Below are positions 38,325 through 51,830 of a stretch of 64,000 nucleotides of DNA, in pieces. Within the stretch, counting starts at the first letter, position 1. Every line of letters begins with the position of its first letter. Location of the stretch: NCBI RefSeq assembly GCF_963921235.1, contig NC_086104.1, forward strand, positions 95,728,001-95,792,000. The letters run 5' to 3'. The translations under genes were made by a program, and so were the position numbers. A model generated the notes under the pieces. It did no database searches and had not been told where the DNA came from. It worked only from the letters and a program-made list of their open reading frames with translations. The stretch is from Mobula hypostoma (taxonomy: Eukaryota).

Positions 38325-39000
38325 CCATAGATCCCTTAGAGTTGTGATGCAAGTTGATAGGGTTGTTAAGAAGGGATATGGTGTGTTGGCCTTTGTTAGT
38401 CAGAGGATTGAGTTCAAGAGCTGTGAGGTAATGTTGCAGCTCTTTAAAACCCTGAAAACAGGACACTTAGAATATTGTGTTCAATTCTGGTCACCTTGTA
38501 GGAAGGATGTAGAAGTTTTCAGAGATTTACTATGATATTGCTTGGGCTAGAGGGCATGTCTTATGAAGATAGGTTGAGCAAGCTAGGGCTTTTCTCTTTG
38601 GAGCGCAGAAGGGTAAGAGATGACTTGATAGAGATGCGCAAGATGATAAGAGGCATAGATCGAGTGAATAGCCAGAGATTTTTTTTCCCCCAGAGTGGAA
38701 ATAGTTAATACAAGGGGGCTTAATTTTAAGGCGATTGGAGGTAAGTATAGGGGGAATGTCAGAGGTAGGTTTTTTTTAAACACAGAGAGTGTGATGGGTG
38801 CATGGAACGCCCTGCCAGGAGGGGCGGTGGTAGAGGCAGATACATTAGGGACATTTAAGAGACTCTTAGATAGGCACATGGATGATAGAAAAATGGAGGG
38901 CTGTGTAGGCAGGAAGGGTTAGATTGATTTTAGAGTAGGTTAAAAGGTCATCATAAAATCATGAGTCGAAGAATTTGTACTGTGCTGTAGTGTTCTATGT
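38325..39000 (+). mobile_element. CR1 LINE 3' fragment
   Basis: QVDRVVKKGYGVLAF..HLEYCVQFWSP; WNALPGGAVVEA. Confidence 0.85.
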
Positions 39001-40548
39001 TTTGCCTTCAAGCTCATACTGCCTTGATTCCTCTGCCATCGTTCCACATTAAACCAAACTGTTGACAGTCCAGCTTCCATTTTTGGGTCCAAGGTTAGCA
39101 GAGTGTGAACATGAAAGTTGGAGGTAAAACTTTCCTGCACACCCTTCTCAACCTTTCTGTTGCCATTTACTGCTGGCCTTCACCACCACTTTTCCAGTCC
39201 AGGGGTACTGCTTTAAGTTCCCTCTGTTTTCTCATCTACAAGTCACCCCTTTGGAGATGCTTTTCAAATACATAGGCACTCTTAAATGCCTCTTCACTCC
39301 CTTGGATGGAAATAGTTGAGATCTGATAGATGCACAGAAATTTCCCACAATTAGAAATGGGTGCGGGGGGGGGGGTATTGAAACCTTTTGTCACAGATTG
39401 CTTCTTGGGCTCCACTTCAAATAAATTTGAACCAGGGCAGGAAGTTTGTGATTGCTGTCTCCCACGATCAACATTGTGGGATAACCATATACTGCTGCTG
39501 TTGCTTTTCTGTAAGGGTTATGAATGTGTTTATAATACTGTAAATCTGCTGCCCTTGGGTGGCGATGTTAAAGGCTGTGACTGCACATTCTTTATATCTA
39601 AAACAAGCCACTGGACTAGAAAATAAGATGACATTTGGTTAATGTTGTTTATTAAGTCAGAGGCAGTATATAATGCAATGCTAATGAGATAGTGCCACTA
39701 ATTATAGTATGTGGTATACTGAGCAGTTCTGTGGTATTTATCACACTAATTAGTTCTGCTGTTCGGTTACATTCTTCTGTCATAACTGTAGAATGAGCAC
39801 TTGCATATGGACACATTTTAAATCTTGGCGAATACTTTTCTTCCCCTCTTCCTCCAATCATTCTCTCACTAATCTCATTAAATAATAGAATCCAGAAATG
39901 TTTTGAAGGCACTGCAGTACTGTTGAAGTGTAGCAGCAGAATTAAGATCCCACTGACAGCGCAGATTACCAGCTAATCTGCTCTATTGATTATGGTTGAG
40001 GAAATCGCCCTGCTCTTCTCTGAATTGGTGCACTGGGACATTATGCTCACCAGAGGGCAGATGGGGTTTCCATCTGATCTCCTGCAAAAGAAAATACTTC
40101 TGATGGTCCCGCAGTGCTTCACAGGATTGTCAGCCTATATTACACGCTAAAGGTTTGAGCCAAGACCCTTCATCTGCCCTGATGAGGGGTCTCAGCCTGA
40201 AATGTTGACTGTTTATTCTTCTGCGTGGTGCTCTGGATATACAGCATCTGCAAAATCTCATGTGTTTATGTACTGAAGTCCCTGAAATGGACTTTCAATC
40301 TGGCTTCTGCGGACATTTGGTTTTGTAGCTTGCTGCTCTAGCAATGGGAAGATCTGGAATATTGGCCTTGTTTTTAAAGTCATGGTTGATTACTGTGAAG
40401 GATGTGAAGGCCTGTTACTGAAACCATTCATGGGCTAGGCCAGATGTTAATCAGTTGTTGCTTCAAATTGTAGCCTGATAATTTTGTTCAGTTCGTTTCT
40501 TCTGTTGCTCAGTAAATGAATTAACCACTAGGGCTCTTGCATTTTCAG

Positions 40549-40740
40549 GTGGAACTCTCAATGGAAGATATAGAAACTATTCTAAATACGTTGATATATG
40601 ATGGGAAAGTAGAGATGACGATTATAGCTGCAAAAGAAGGCACGGTTGGTAGCGTGGATGGACAAATGAAGCTGTATAAAGCAGTCAATCCCATCATCCA
40701 GCCCACTGGCCTGATGAGGACGCCTTGTGGGATGTGCCCA
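40549..40740 (+). CDS. POLR3F: POLR3F coding exon 8
   Basis: TTTTCAG|VELSMEDIETILNTLIYDGKVEMTIIAAKEGTVGSVDGQMKLYKAVNPIIQPTGLMRTPCGMCP|GTAAGT; 192 nt. Confidence 0.98.
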
Positions 40741-42278
40741 GTAAGTGTGGCTTCTTTGGGATCAGTGAAGTATTGTTTCATTTATATTCATGGGACATTC
40801 ATTACTCAATCTCACGGGAGAAATGATTGAAGTTGAAGAGGACAGTTTTTAAATCAATATTGGTCATGACACCAGGATGCTTCTGCCAATTTATGTAACC
40901 ACTAAAGTGGTTTAGGTAAATACTTGAGAGTATAATGTGAACATAGCCTAAAGGATTTCTGTGATTGATGGATTTCAGGAAATTATTCCCCTTCCCCTCC
41001 CCTTGCCAGTTTTGGTTCTCTGCATTTGGGTTTATTTTGGTGTTTGTGTACAACGTACTGTGATTTAATTCAATGGGTTGAACCCATCTTCGCCTTTCTC
41101 TGGCAGCAATTTTGGCCCTACATTTGGGTGTAAACATTCAAACTTCCTGAACCATTCTTCCACTTAATTTGAGTGTTTGTAGCTCTGTCAGCACCGTAAA
41201 ACCATACACCAATGTCTGGCAGCATTCAGTGCCATTGCATTGCCTTGTTTCAAAGAGGTCTATGAATAACATCTGTTTAGGACTCTAGGCTCCTAGACTT
41301 AGCAAAGGAATAAAGAGATTGCTGACAGAAGGCTGTCATGTCCACCTTCAGAGATTGCAAGATAGGCTCTGAGCTTGGATAACCCTACAGCTTCCTGTTC
41401 CTGTTACTTCCTACTGGTTCGGTAGATAATAAGGTTGAAGAATGAATGGACTGGGAGGGTGAGTAGGGTATTTGGTCATTACTGCACTTTTTGCAGTTTG
41501 TCTTTTGCCCTGTAAGTGGGAATAGTCTCAAACTCTATAAACACATTTAGGACAACAGCAAGTGGTACCTTTGACGGGGTGGGGGGGGGGGGATATACAA
41601 GGAACTTTGACGAAGAGTAATTAGAAAAAAACTGCTACTACACTCAAGGCTCAAGGTGACTGAAAGCTTGGAGGAGTGGAGATGGATGCCAAGGTTGTGG
41701 GTCTTCCAGACTGAAAGCACTGCTGTTAGTATTGAAGCTAAAGCATTTGTTGCTGTTCAGAGAGCTCATGGAGACCCTCAGTTTGTAATTACCCCATTCC
41801 CTATGTAGTTGATCACTTCCGATAAGTGGTGACATTCTGTCTAAATTATCCCTCAGCCTACCTCCATTATCTTACTCTCAGAAGGAGGCTAAGGCACTGA
41901 AAATCTGCAGGAGTCCTCCACCTCAAATAGTGAGGTCAGAATTTATTGCTCTGTATTTAAATTTTGTTTACAGCAGGAAGAAATATGTGCAAATGGTAAT
42001 TCCCAAAATACATTGCCGGAATTTTGCAAATGTCATCTCACTAGATCCACTTCCTTCCTATTTACCCAGAAAGATGTAAATATTTTACAAGTAAATCTGT
42101 TCGGCACTGCAAAAGTTGTGCATAACCTGTAAAGATGCCGAGTAAACCGTTATGAAGCTGGGGTCCCCTTCAAAATGACTCTGACCCCTCTGGTGATCTG
42201 TTGCTTCTACATATCGGTATATTCTCTCTCTTATTCAGTTTCAGACAGGAGCTCAGTTCCTCTTAATGTTTCTTCCAG

Positions 42279-42356
42279 GTATTTGACGATTGTCATGAAG
42301 GCGGGGACATCTCTCCTGCGACTTGTCTATACATGACAGAGTGGCTGGAATTTTAA
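42279..42356 (+). CDS. POLR3F: POLR3F coding exon 9 (last); completes the 4-Cys Fe-S motif
   Basis: TTCTTCCAG|VFDDCHEGGDISPATCLYMTEWLEF*. Summed CDS is 945 nt = 314 aa + stop. Confidence 0.97.
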   Translation, partial: VFDDCHEGGDISPATCLYMTEWLEF

Positions 42357-42366
42357 CCAACATTGT

Positions 42367-42747
42367 AATAAAAAGAACATTAAAAAACAATGTCAATAGA
42401 ACTTGGACGACGGACCATGTAGATTTATGAGAGGATTTGTATCAAGTCCATGGCACTGAAGCAGCTCATTCAGGCCAATTGGTTTATGCTCTGTGAGCCA
42501 CCTTTCAACTTCTCCAGCAGACACATCTTCCAATCTCTTAACTGATAATCTTGCTAACCATTATATGTATTGGAACCAAGTCAAGAGTTCTGCGGGGGAC
42601 AGATGTGCAGGCAAACGTGAGAAAACACCACAGAAAAGTACTTAAATCTGTTTTTTTTTGTTTTTACGCCTACATTTCTTTATCATCTACACAATTCTTG
42701 ATTCAACAGTTTACTTGTAAAAAAAAAAGTCATGAAAATTTAATAAA
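42367..42747 (+). terminator. Candidate POLR3F polyadenylation signals (AATAAA at 42367 and 42742)
   Basis: Two AATAAA hexamers after the stop. The distal one is followed by GT-rich sequence. Confidence 0.55.
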
Positions 42748-45700
42748 ATGTTTACTGTTTCGAAGTATGTAATTGTTTTTAAGACCACAACAATTTACGT
42801 TTGCTAGAGCATCTTTAAAGTAAAGGTACTAAGTTTTGATGGCTCACAGGAACACTGTCGGCCAAAATGGTACTGGGCCAATATGAGAGGCTACGGCAAA
42901 GAATTTCATTGTGTTAAGAGAGGAGGGTTTTAGAATACAAAGTCTGATCCATTGTGTCAATACTGAAGGTCTAGCTGTCAATATTGAGAAAAGGAAAATC
43001 TGAAATGCAGAAGTAGCCAAAATTGACTGGAAGAATGCAGAGCCGCATGTCACCAAAAACAGGCTATTAAGCCAAAACACTATGTGTCATTATTTATTCT
43101 GTACAAGACCAAGATGTGGCTTCAGAACACATGCCAAACACTAATCCTTATACATCCTGTTCATCGGCAGGTAGGGTTTGCGAATGTTGTTAGTTAAATT
43201 AGAGAAGAATTTGTAACTGGAATAAAAGGACCACGCTGCAAGAAGTTAATAGTCCCCATGATCATTCTATAAATTAGAACTGATATTTTGTTGCTGTTAA
43301 GCTGTTATTGTGAAAAACTTATCTAGTGATGGTTTAGACTTTAGAATGTACATTATTGGTTTCTAACAAACTTTTAATTGCAGTTTAAGTCCGTCTGCAT
43401 TTTCTCCCCACCGACCTTACCTCTCAATCATTTGTGATTTCTGCCCATGAAGCAAAGATGAAGGCTACTATTACTAGTGACAATTATGCTGAATTTATAG
43501 AAATCTTTGATATTGCAAAATCATTTTAAGTATCCAACTTTTGGAACAGGCACTAAAGCAGAACCAGCTTACCTTATTAATTATTTTTAAAAACATTTTA
43601 TAAGAAGCAAGATGCTGCAGTGTAGAGCAGATAACCTGATAACATTGAGAATATGGATGGCAGCTTAGACCATGAAAGGCCTGTTTCAGAGTTATCACAT
43701 GTACATGTAAATCGAAACACGGTAAAGTGTGTCCTTTGCACTAACGACCAACACAGCCGAGGAGGTGCCATGGGCAGCCCACAAATATCACCATACATTT
43801 CAACACCAACATAACATCACCACCGTGCTTGGCAGAAATACACAGAACACATCAAGCAACAAAAGAAAGACATGCCCTGTTCCTCCCTCTCACCAACGTA
43901 CATATTTGCTGTAATAATTTCTTATCCCTGCTAGGGACAGAAATATGTCTACAATGTTATTGATCTGGGAGACTATAATGAGTGCAGAATGTGGGAAACA
44001 AACCATAGATATTTGTATGTATATATAACATGCTCTGAAGGTTGCCAAAGTGTCAGCTGAATGATTTGCACCTCTATATTACCTTAAACAGCAGACGTCC
44101 ATTATTCAATGCTTATTATGGGGCGGCACAAGTACAGCACTTTCTTTGCAGTCCGAGCTGTAAGATCGGGGTTCAATTCGCACCACTGTACATTCTCTCC
44201 ATGACTGAGTGGGTTTCCTCCCATTTTTCCAAGACATATGGTTAGGGATAGTGAGCTATGGGGATGCCGGAAACATAGCATCTCTTGCAGGCTCTTTAGC
44301 ACATTTCTCGCTGATTTGATTGATAAACGACTGTGTTTCGATGTACATGTGACAAAGTTACTCTTTAAGTTTATACTTGGATAACATAATCAGTTATCAT
44401 TATGTGCAAGTCCTCATCAACATAGTGCTATCAACCCTGGCTTATTTTTGCTCTTCCCAAAATACAGATTCTCTTTGTTTATGATCAAAAGAAAGATCTG
44501 CCAGTATACAGGTCAAACCAATTTTTATTTCGTTAAGTGGTTTAGCCATAAATATTGCATTAAAAACAGAATTACAGCTGGTTGGGCAGCTTCTGTGGAA
44601 AGAGAAACACTATCAACGTGATAGCTCCAAGACACTTCGTTGCAAATGAAGAAGAGTACTGGACCCGAAATCTGAATTAACTCTGACAGCTTTTAGCAAG
44701 TTGTCGCCATACTCTCTGTAAACCAAAAGGACATAAATATAGGAATCAATAAATCCATTGTCATTTGGGCAAATGAGATTTATCATTAATATAGTACTTA
44801 TTACCTTTTAAATAAAAGGATCTGCAGCTATTTAAATCTGACCACTTCAGAGGGGATATCAAACAGACATGTGAATGGGGTTGAGAGGAATAATAAATCA
44901 GTCATGATGGAATGGGAGAACAGACTTTAAGGGCTGAATTGCCCAACCATGTTTCTACGTCTTTTGTTATTAATGTGTTCAATGATTATGGAATGGGAAA
45001 GCATACTTGTGCTGGCCCCACTACTCACCCCCTGTTTGTGACATCAATCTCAGTGATAATCATCAGAAAATCTCCCTGCTCCTCAGCAGATTAATTTCAC
45101 AGATCAACATGGGGTGTATTATCACACACTTTCCATGTTGTGGACTTGTGGAGGACAGCTCTTGTTTGAGCTGAATAGCCTTTTTCTGTGACTTCTATAT
45201 AGAGATCTGAATTCTTCCATTTCTGGCCACTTCTGTATCTCAGAGAAATGTGGAATAAGATGTACTACTTGGATTAGTCTAGAACCTTGTGAGGAGTTTT
45301 ACATGAACCAAAACATAAAAAAGGCAGAGGAGTTAAACAGGTATTTTGTAGACACTACAGCAGAAGCTGGTATCCCATTAATGCCAAAAAATACATTCGA
45401 TGGAATTAATATAGCTGGATGAGATGGTGTCCATCACTAAGGATCCCTACCACCAGAATGTACCCTTTTCTCTCTGTTACCATCAGGAAGGCGGTCCAGA
45501 AGCCTGAAGGCACGCACTCAGTGATTCAGGAACAGCTTCTTCCCCTCTACCATGTGATTTCTAAATGGACTTTGAACCCATGAACACGACCTCACTACCT
45601 TTTTATATCTGATTTTTTGCACTACTTATTTTAACAACTATTTAATAGACATATGTGTAGTCAATGTAATTAAGTGTTTTTCTCTATATTTATTTATCAT

Positions 45701-46102
45701 GTATTTCATTGTACTGCTGTTGTAAAGTTAGCACATTTCGCAACATAAGCTGGTGATATTAAACCTGATTCTGATAACTTCAGCGAGAATGGATGCATTA
45801 ATTACAATCTTTCAGCAATCCTTAGATTCTGAAGAGATACACTATATTGTTCTTCAAAACCCATCCATAAAGTGAACTCTTTTCTTCCCCCCACTGAATC
45901 CCAAGTTATAAGTGGGTGCGTTCTACAGGATTTTTTTCTCAGCAGAAGTAATAGCAACACACAAATATAGGCAGACATTTTTAAATACATAGTAAATAGA
46001 GGTAAGATAATTTAAGAATATTACTTGCAATAAATGATAGTGGTGCACAAAAACACAAGTACTAACCAGAGACGTTGTGGAGTGTTGCGTGGTGGAACAG
46101 AG

Positions 46103-47773
46103 TTAGGGAGAGGGAGGCTCTGATTTTAAGACAAGGAACGCATCAAGAGTTGATTGTTGTTTGCGACGTACTTTTTCCTTGTACATTTCCCTGTAACAGC
46201 TCATAGCGTCTTGCAGTAAGCGGCCAACCCTTAGACTACGTTCTCGGTTTGGGTCGTTCACACTAAGGATATGCACAACCTGATCAATGTACGATAAGGC
46301 ATCCGAAAGATGGTTTGTCATTATTTGAAGAGGAGCTGGTGGTGTTTCTATCATATCAATTTCTTGTGAAGCCTGCTCTTGCTCCAACAACATGAGATCT
46401 TCATCTGACAAATAATCTTCATACGAATCCAAGAGGTGAATCACATCTCCTTCGACAACATCTTCAAATCCGGCCTCATTTGCTAGTTCTACTATGTCTC
46501 TGGTAACCTTTTCTGCTGATTCTGCTGGTGGAAAGCCACTAAAGTTGTTGATGCACTCCGGCCAAATGTTTTTCCAGGCACCATTCATTGTAGAAACTTT
46601 CACTTCATCCCATGACTCAGCTATGTTATCTATTGCATTCATAATGTTAAAGCTTTTCCAAAATTCTCGAACTGTTGGCTTACCTTCTTCATCAGTTGCA
46701 TAAGTCAATTGCTTAAAAGTTTTTCTTAAATAATATCTTTTGAAAGTTGCAATTACACCTTGATCCATTGGTTGTAATAAGGCTGCTGTGTTGAGGGACA
46801 AGTACTCAACTCGCACATTATTAGAAAGATCATTTAAATTCAGTGGGTGGCTAGGAGTGTTATCCAAAATGAGCAGTGCTTTGTTGGAAAGATGATGTTT
46901 GGCACAGTACTTTTCTACAGCTGGACAGAAATAGTTGATAAACCAGTCATGAAAAATAGTCACAGTCATCCAGGCTTTGCTGTTTGAGTGCCAAATCACT
47001 GGTAGGTTAGGTTTTGCATAACCCTTGAGAGCTCTGGGATTCTCACAGCTGTACACTAGAAGGGGCTTTAACTTAAAATCACCAGCAGCATTGCCTCCTA
47101 CGAGTAGCGTCAGGCGATCATTGGAAGCTTTAAAGCCCGGGATGGCCTTCTCTTCTTTTGAAATATATGTTCTGTCAGGCATGCGTTTCCAGAAAAGACC
47201 CATTTCGCCTACATTAAATACCTGTTCTGGCATGTAAGCTCCTTCATCAATTACCTTCTTCAGTTCACTCGGATAATTTATTGCAGTACTGGCAACAGCA
47301 TTATGCACTTTATGCAAGTTGAATCGCTTTTGAAACATGTCAAACCACCCTTTACTTGCCAAGAAAGGTTTTCCTTGTGCACCGCTGCCCTCTTCTTTCA
47401 AAAGTTCATCATAGAGGCTCTTGGCCTTAGCTTGAATAACATTTGTACTTAATGGCACATTATCCTGCGTCTGGTCTTTTATCCACATGCTCAGGAGTCT
47501 TTCCATATTAAGCATCACTTTGCTATGGTGAAAGTAGAGTGTTTGAGCGTTTAATGGTGCAGCAATTTGAACACTTGTCTTAATTTCATCTCTGCTGTCT
47601 CTTATCGTTGCCACTTCAGATGTGGCTAGCCCCAAAGTTTTAGCAATTGTACTAAGTTTTTCTCCGGCATCAAACCTTCGTAAAATATCGAGTTCTATAT
47701 CCAGTGAAATTGCTTTACGTGGTTGTTTAGGTTTACAACTTGCACTTGAACTTGTTAGCCTTTTTCCGGACAT
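46103..47773 (-). CDS. Tigger/pogo transposase-derived protein (TIGD1-like; CENP-B HTH + DDE_1), 556 aa from MSGKRL
   Basis: Uninterrupted ORF: RKAISLDIELDILRRFDAGE, FLASKGWFDMFQKRF, VFNVGEMGLFWKRMP, LILDNTPSHP, LQPMDQGVIATFK. Polypyrimidine-TAGCAG acceptor at 47812-47817, just upstream of the ATG. Confidence 0.88.
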   Translation of the reverse strand: MSGKRLTSSSASCKPKQPRKAISLDIELDILRRFDAGEKLSTIAKTLGLATSEVATIRDSRDEIKTSVQIAAPLNAQTLYFHHSKVMLNMERLLSMWIKDQTQDNVPLSTNVIQAKAKSLYDELLKEEGSGAQGKPFLASKGWFDMFQKRFNLHKVHNAVASTAINYPSELKKVIDEGAYMPEQVFNVGEMGLFWKRMPDRTYISKEEKAIPGFKASNDRLTLLVGGNAAGDFKLKPLLVYSCENPRALKGYAKPNLPVIWHSNSKAWMTVTIFHDWFINYFCPAVEKYCAKHHLSNKALLILDNTPSHPLNLNDLSNNVRVEYLSLNTAALLQPMDQGVIATFKRYYLRKTFKQLTYATDEEGKPTVREFWKSFNIMNAIDNIAESWDEVKVSTMNGAWKNIWPECINNFSGFPPAESAEKVTRDIVELANEAGFEDVVEGDVIHLLDSYEDYLSDEDLMLLEQEQASQEIDMIETPPAPLQIMTNHLSDALSYIDQVVHILSVNDPNRERSLRVGRLLQDAMSCYREMYKEKVRRKQQSTLDAFLVLKSEPPSP

Positions 47774-48399
47774 CTTGAGGGTAAATAAAATGAGAAAGTC
47801 TTGAAAATAAACTGCTAGGAGAAAAAAAACTAAACCTGTTGTACTAACTGAATTCAACTGAAATCGCCACGTTTTCTGCACATGCATCAAGAAACATGAA
47901 CTGAATTTCTGAAAGAATTTGTCACTTTTTCATAATGTTGTGCCTATTTATTTACATAAGAGTGATTTTTTTTATTCTGTACCTCGGATTATTTGGTAGT
48001 GATTTGTGAATTCAGCAAGGGCAAGTTTCTGCTACCCAAACTGCGGTAATGGCAGGTTCATTATATCAAAGGATTGGAAGACTGTAAAAATTATAACATG
48101 ATTCAAAAAGGATGGAATATAAAAGGTGGTGATTTCAGGCCAGTTAACTTGATGTTAGAAAAGCACTGGCATCAATTATTATGGAAATTATAACAATAAC
48201 ATTAGGAAGATCAAAAGATTCAAAAAGGGAAGTTATTGACATTGGTTTGTAGAGTAATGAACGATGGACTGATGGAACTGCTTTGCTTGGAAGTGGCATA
48301 GACTCAGCTCGGCAGGAATGTCTCCTCCTGTATTGTATTAAGTGGTAACCTGAGCAAACATGGCTTCATGAATGTGAAATCATGTCTGACAAGTTCATG

Positions 48400-49860
48400 G
48401 AAACTGCAGTGTGGCAGACAGGAAAGCTGTACAAGACTGACCAACACATCGCTAACACCAGCCAACCTGCTACCAAGGAAAGCTGCTGGAAAGAGGCCAG
48501 CAACATAATGAAGGATCCACCCGCCCTGCTCAAGGAACATCCTCCCACCCACTCCCATCGGGGAGGAGGCTACCTAGCATCCATGCCAGGGCCACCAGAC
48601 TCAAAAACAGTTACTTTCCCCAAGCAGCAACACCTCCACCCAGCAACCCACCCCATCACACCTCCCACCAACACTACTTCATCAGTTTCTTTCAGGGCTA
48701 CCCTATGTACAGACACTCCTGTACCTAGTGTCACTTTATGGACATACAATCTGTGTATATAAGCTATCTTATGTGTTTTTATTGTGTTCTTTATCATATT
48801 TAGATTTTTTTTTGCTGCATCGGCTCCTGAGTAACAATTATTTCTTTCTCCTTGACACTTGTGTACTGGAAATGACATTAAAATATCTTGAATCTTGAAG
48901 AAAAATGAGTCCAGAGTGGATCAAAGGGAACCTCGGCTTCTGTACCTTCAAGATATCCTGGATCCTTGACTTTCTCATCGGAAGTCCACAGTCCGTCCAG
49001 GTTGGAAATAATATCTCCTCCATGTTGACAATCAATACAGGCGCACCTGAAGGAAGTGCACTCAGCCCTCTCTTCTACTCTCTCTACAGTTACCACTGCG
49101 TGGTTAGACACAGCTCATACACCATCTATAAATTCGTTGTGACACGACTGCTGTTGGCAGAATCTCAGACGGTGATGAGGTGGTGTACGGGACTGAGGTA
49201 GATCAGCTTGTTGAGTGGTGTCATAACAATAACACTTGCACTCAGCATCAGTAAGACCAAGGTATTGGTTGCGGACTTCACTAAGGGGAAGTTGGGAGAA
49301 CACAGATCAGTCCTCATTGAGGAGTCGGCAGTGGAAAGGGTCAGCAGTTTCAAGTTCCTGGGTTTTAACATCTCTCAGATATATTCTGGGCCCAACATAT
49401 TGATGCATGACAGCAGCTATATTTCATTAGGAGGTTGAAAAAGTTTGGTACATCACCAAAGACTAATAGATTTCTAGAGATGCACTGCGGAGAGGATGCT
49501 ATTTGCAGCACCGTCTGGTATGGAGTTGCCAAAGCACAGGATTGGAAAGAGCTGCAGGGCATTGTAAACTCAGTAATTCCATCGTGGGCATACGCCACTC
49601 CACAACCGAGGATATCCTCAAAACGCGGTGCCTTAAGGAGATGGCATCCATCATCATTAAAGGTTCTCACCATCAAGGACAGTCCCTCTTCTCATTCATT
49701 GCTGCCTTCATGGGTGAGGTACAGGAGCCCGAAGGAACATTCAATAATGTTTCAGGATCAGCTTCCTCCCTTCTGCCATCAGATTTCTGAATGGACCAGA
49801 AACACTACCTCACTTTTTGCACTATTTAAAACATATCTTTCTTGTTGTAACATAGTAGTT
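48400..49860 (+). mobile_element. Rex1-like LINE fragments (two adjacent pieces)
   Basis: WILDFLIGSPQSVQVG..NTGAPEGSALSPLFYSLY; SKTKVLVADF..SSFKFLG; TCTTGAATCTTGAA tail near 48890. Confidence 0.75.
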
Positions 49861-49867
49861 TTTATAT

Positions 49868-50835
49868 GACCATAAGACATAGGAACAGAATCGAGACACC
49901 TGACCCATTGGGTCTGCTCTGCCATTTCATCATGGCTGACTCATTTCCCTCTCAACTCCAATCTACTCTCTTCTCCCTGTAACCTTCTGTGTCCTGACTA
50001 ATCAGAAACCTATCAACCTCTGCCTTACATGCACTCAGTGACCTGGCCTCCACAGATTCACCGACCTCTGGCTGAAATAATTCTTCCTCATCTCTGTTCT
50101 AAATGGATGTCCCTCTGTTTTGAGGCTATGCCCTCCTAGACTCCCGCACCATATGAAACATCCTCTTCACATCCACTCTATCTAGTCCTTTTGAGAGGTT
50201 TCAATGAGATCTCCCCACATTTTTCTGAATTTCAGCAAGTACAGGCCCAGAGCCTTAAATCGCTGCTCATAAGATAACCCTTTCATTTCCGGAATCATTC
50301 TCGTGAATCTTTGAACCGTCTCCAAAACCAGCACATCCTTTCTTAGATAAGGGGCCCAAAACTGCTCACAATAGTCCAAGTGAGGCCCCACCAGTGCCTT
50401 ATACAGCCTCAGCATCACCTTCTTACTTTTACATTCTAGTCCTCTCGAAACGAATGCTAACACTACATTCACTTTCTTTACCACCAATTCAACCTTTGGG
50501 GAATCCTGCACAAGGGCTTCCAAATCTCTTTGCACCTCAGATTTTTGAATTTTCTCCGTTCAGAAAATAGTCTATGCTTTTATTCCTTCTGACCAAAGTA
50601 CATCACCATACACTTCTGCAAACTCTCTGCTTCCCCAGTACTACCTACCCCTCCACATATCTTTATATTGTCCCCAAACTTGGCCACAAAAACATCAACT
50701 TCATCATAAAATTGTTGACATACAATGTAAAGATTAGCAGTTGCAACACAGACTCCTGTGGAACACCACTTGTCACCAGCAGCCAATCTGAAAAGGATCC
50801 CTTTATTCCCTCTCTTTGCCTCCTGCCAATCAGCC
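49868..50835 (-). mobile_element. CR1 LINE 3' fragment
   Basis: VTSGVPQESVL; LYKALVGPHLDYCEQFWAPYLRKD. Confidence 0.85.
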
Positions 50836-51123
50836 ACTGCTTTATCCATGCCAGAACTGCACTGTACTCCTGCTGTAAAACAAATTTCATGTCATATGTC
50901 AGTGGTAATAAGCCTGATTCTGATTCAGTACGTGCAACATAACTGGAGTTTCTAAAGATGTTCATATAAGGTGCCATATAAAAGATTACTTTTCAAGATA
51001 CAAGCTCGAGGGATCCGAGGTACGATGTTAGCATGGAGAGAGGACTGGCTATCTGGCTGAAAGCAGTATATGGGAATAAGGGGGCTAATTTATAGTACTT
51101 CTCAAACTGTAGCTGTTGAAATA

Positions 51124-51830
51124 CACTCAGTGGCTACTTTATCAGGTACGCCTGCTTGTTAATGCAAATATATAAACAGCCAATCAGGTAGCAGCAACTC
51201 AATGCATTAAAGCATGCAGACACGGTCAGGAGGTTCAGTTGTTGTTCAGGCCAAACTTCAGCATGGGGAAGAAATCTGATCTAAGTGACTTTGACCGTGG
51301 AGTGATTGTTGATGCCAGACAGGGTTGTTTGAGCATCTCCAAAACTCCTGGGGCTTTTTACTCACAAGTCTCTGGAGTTTACAGAGAATGGTGTGAAAAC
51401 CAAAAAAACATCCAGCGAGCGGCAGTTTTGTGGATGAAAATGCCTTCATGAGAGCTCAGAGGAGAATGGCCAGACTGGTTCAAGCTGACAGAAAGGTGAC
51501 AGTAACTCAAATAAGCACATGCTACAACAGCGGTATACAGAAGAGCATCTCTGAACGTGCAACATGTTGAACCTTGATGTGGATGAGCTACAGAAGCAGA
51601 AGAGCATGCAGTGTTCCACTCCTGTCAGCTAAGAGCAGGGAACTGAGACTGTAGCAGGCTCAGGCTCAGGCTCATCAAAACCTGACAGCTGAAGACTGGA
51701 ACAACATTGCCTGGTCTGACAAATCTTGATTTCTGCTGCGACATGCCACAAAGAACTCAGGCTGTTCTGGGGCAAAGGTGGGTCCCACCCAGTACTGGAA
51801 AGGTGTACCCAATGAAGGGGCCACTGAGTG
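51124..51830 (+). mobile_element. Tc1-like non-autonomous element (same family as 32834-33361)
   Basis: TA|CACTCAGTGGC...GCCACTGAGTG|TA; MGKKSDLSDFDRGVIVDARQ. Confidence 0.87.

Noticed and set aside
47774-47890. N-terminal 39 aa of the 595-aa ORF call
   Set aside because: Begins at a non-ATG codon and runs through the polypyrimidine tract and acceptor. Homology starts at MSGKRL (ATG 47773).
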